A model generated the notes under the pieces. That model searched no databases. It was not told the origin of the DNA and saw only the letters and a list, made by a program, of their open reading frames with translations. From an uncultured Bacilli bacterium (GTDB lineage Bacteria > Bacillota_I > Bacilli_A > RF39 > UBA660), in contig CALVIV010000003.1 of assembly GCA_944331935.1 (NCBI GenBank), forward strand, positions 1-58,968: a stretch of DNA of 58,968 bases, in the 5' to 3' direction. Each line of letters starts with the position of its first letter. Position 1 is the stretch's first letter. Both the position numbers and the translations under genes were made by a program. Below are positions 57,178-58,968 of the stretch, piece by piece.

Positions 57178-57231
57178 ATGGAGAAAATAGACTGTATAAA
57201 ATATGTTACCTGGGGGGGGGCAGTTTTATAG
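57178..57231 (+). other. 17-codon mini-ORF MEKIDCIKYVTWGGAVL containing a G9 homopolymer
   Basis: Seen: the ATG lies 7 nt after a GAGAGGAAGG RBS and the G9 tract falls inside codons 12-15. A weak hairpin plus T-run follows at about 57278..57300. Confidence 0.4.
57212..57220. repeat. G9 homopolymeric tract
   Basis: Seen: nine consecutive G residues stand in an otherwise very AT-rich intergenic region. Confidence 0.95.
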
Positions 57232-57312
57232 AGTAACTAACATTACTTTCTTTCATAATGACTTTAAAAGAATAGAGTAGGATTATTCTATCCTTTTATA
57301 GTGTCAAGATAT

Positions 57313-57341
57313 TTGATATTTTGGACTTTATGTGTTAATAT
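57313..57341 (+). promoter_or_regulatory. sigma-A-type promoter (TTGATA, 17-nt spacer, TAATAT)
   Basis: Seen: the spacing is canonical, about 60 nt upstream of the 57405 start. Confidence 0.55.
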
Positions 57342-57404
57342 ATGATTATAGTATGAAAGATAATAATTTGAGCAAGACTATTAGAAGTAAGAGAGGTTGA
57401 TTAG

Positions 57405-58862
57405 ATGAAAAAACGTGAAAATATCATAATAATTATAGTGTTAGTTGTGATAATATTAGCAATAATAGGAGTATCATACGCAGCCTTTAACTATAGTAGA
57501 GAAGGAACGACGTTAAACACTATAACAACAGGAGCAATAAAGATGACTTATACTGAAGATGATAATATCATCAGTATGAGTGGAGCATTACCTACAACAG
57601 ATGCAACTGGAAAGGTAAGATTAACAGAAGGAGAGTATTTTGATTTTACTATTAGTAGTGAGATTACAGGTAATGTAAATATCAATTATGAGATAAGTGC
57701 AAAAGATGTAACTTCATCAGATAGAAAGATAGATGGTTCTAATATAAAGTTATATCTAACAAGACTAACAGATGATGGTGAAGAAGAGTTAATGACACCA
57801 GAGACTTATAATGAAGAGACAAGTTCAAATAATTTTACAGGTCGTCCATCAGGAGAGATGAGTTTATATACAAGTAGTATGAATGGTAGTGAAAGCAATA
57901 GATATAGATTAAGAATGTATGTAGCAGAAGAATATAATCCACAAGGAGATGGAGGAGGATTGCAGTTTGCTGTACAAATTAATGTCTATGGTAAAGATGG
58001 AGAGAAGCCAGTTCTTTCAGCAGTAGATACATTACTTGCCAAAGTAAATCCAGAAGATTTAGATTATAACAGTGCCACAGATAATCAAAAGAAAGAGATG
58101 TGGACATTTAGTCATCCAGAGACAGAACAAACAGAGGCTTTAACAGATTATAGATATATAGGAAGTGACCCTAATAATTATGTAACATTTAATGATGAAA
58201 CTTGGAGAATAATAGGAGTATTTACAGTAGATGATGGTACAGGTAATGTTGAAGAAAGATTAAAACTAATAAGAGATGAATCTATTGGAAATATGGCATG
58301 GGACTCTAATAGCAGAAATGATTGGCCTAATGCAACGTTAAATACTAATTTAAATAATGGGGGTTATTGGACCAATAGTTTAACTAGTGATGCCAAAAGT
58401 ATGATAGGTGATACTGTATGGTATTTAGGTGGAAGTGGTTCAAATAATGATGTAACTGCATCAATGTTTTATGAAAGGGAAAGAGGAACAACAGTATATA
58501 GTGGCAGAAGTACAAGTTGGACTGGAAAAGTAGGATTAATGTATCCGAGTGATTATGGATATGCTACAAGTGGAGGGACTACAACTGATAGAAATGCCTG
58601 TTTAAATAAGGAATTATTTAACTGGGATAGTGTAAGTGATTGTTACAATAATGACTGGATATTTAACTCAGCATTTCAAATGACAATCACTCCCCGCGCC
58701 TCTGATTCTAACTATGTGTTTCGTCTGCGCGGCACAGGATATGTTCGCAGCGCTGATACGAGCTATGCTAATGGTGTCCGCCCAGTCGTCTTTCTAAAAT
58801 CTAGTATCAAGATTGTTGATGGTGATGGAAGTAGTAGTAATCCATATATATTGCAAAGTTAA
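57405..58862 (+). CDS. secreted / cell-surface protein with N-terminal signal anchor and a C-terminal lectin-like (DUF1566/Lcl-type pattern) domain
   Basis: Seen: the N-terminus is MKKRENIIIIIVLVVIILAIIGVSYAAF and the mature region is Thr/Ser/Asn-rich. The C-terminus reads ...WIFNSAFQMTITP-[variable-looking loop]-GVRPVVFL. The domain assignment is by remembered pattern only. Confidence 0.55.
   Translation: MKKRENIIIIIVLVVIILAIIGVSYAAFNYSREGTTLNTITTGAIKMTYTEDDNIISMSGALPTTDATGKVRLTEGEYFDFTISSEITGNVNINYEISAKDVTSSDRKIDGSNIKLYLTRLTDDGEEELMTPETYNEETSSNNFTGRPSGEMSLYTSSMNGSESNRYRLRMYVAEEYNPQGDGGGLQFAVQINVYGKDGEKPVLSAVDTLLAKVNPEDLDYNSATDNQKKEMWTFSHPETEQTEALTDYRYIGSDPNNYVTFNDETWRIIGVFTVDDGTGNVEERLKLIRDESIGNMAWDSNSRNDWPNATLNTNLNNGGYWTNSLTSDAKSMIGDTVWYLGGSGSNNDVTASMFYERERGTTVYSGRSTSWTGKVGLMYPSDYGYATSGGTTTDRNACLNKELFNWDSVSDCYNNDWIFNSAFQMTITPRASDSNYVFRLRGTGYVRSADTSYANGVRPVVFLKSSIKIVDGDGSSSNPYILQS
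58688..58793 (+). other. compositionally foreign ~106-bp patch inside the CDS (candidate DGR variable region)
   Basis: Seen: by hand count, about 56% GC and about 16% A over 58691..58790, against about 32% GC in the 60 nt on each side. All five Arg codons here are CGC or CGT, whereas the Arg codons I checked in the rest of the gene are AGA. Confidence 0.5.
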
Positions 58863-58968
58863 TAAAGAAGTAGTAAAACACGGCCCTAAAAGAGGCCTTG
58901 TCAAGACTAGTGTGTAAATTTCTATAATATTTTTTCAAATTGTCAAAGAACATATATTATGAACTAAT

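Noticed and set aside
57093-58905. Recurring TGTCAAG heptamer at about 57093, 57302 and 58899 (and TGTCAAAG near 58937) flanking the surface-protein locus.
   Set aside because: A 7-mer is expected several times by chance in 59 kb on two strands. With so few copies and no surrounding conserved context, I cannot distinguish it from chance.
1-58968. Search by eye for CRISPR arrays, tRNA/rRNA genes, IS elements with terminal inverted repeats, and long direct repeats marking both ICE ends.
   Set aside because: I found no regularly spaced repeat array, no cloverleaf-like or rRNA-like GC-rich segments, and no transposase-like ORFs. The left end of the ICE is outside the window, so att repeats cannot be paired.

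Overview
This is a very AT-rich chromosome segment from an endospore-forming Firmicute. The lineage guess rests on gpr, spoIIP, a pro-sigma-K gene, the yqeG/yqeH pair, and core genes such as priA, dnaE, greA, rpsT, rpmB and rbgA. All calls come from reading the ORF translations and the raw sequence by eye; no searches were run. Bases 1 to about 25,890 look like the right-hand part of an integrated conjugative element (ICE) whose left end lies outside the window. In order, it carries: an ADP-ribosylglycohydrolase; an ArdC-like antirestriction protein; three ORFans; PrgI/TcpE-like, VirB4-like and cell-wall-hydrolase transfer genes; a Y-family polymerase + YolD cassette behind a LexA (Cheo) box; a defence island; small regulators; and two tandem large serine recombinases that end about 70 bp upstream of rbgA. 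The defence island is a SWIM / macrodomain / GmrSD-type DUF262-DUF1524 operon, followed by a type I R-M hsdRMS operon with a fourth, coupled membrane-protein gene. The rest of the window is mostly housekeeping and sporulation genes with a few oddities. One is a two-gene islet between an AraC regulator and greA (HerA/FtsK-type P-loop ATPase + Cys-rich repeat protein), preceded by a tiny hydrophobic ORF. Another is a G9 homopolymer inside a promoter- and RBS-equipped mini-ORF. At the right edge sits a secreted-protein gene whose 3' end contains an abrupt ~106-bp GC-rich, adenine-poor, CGN-codon patch. I read that patch as a candidate diversity-generating retroelement (DGR) variable region; its template repeat and reverse transcriptase would lie beyond the window. 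I saw no rRNA genes, tRNA genes or CRISPR arrays.
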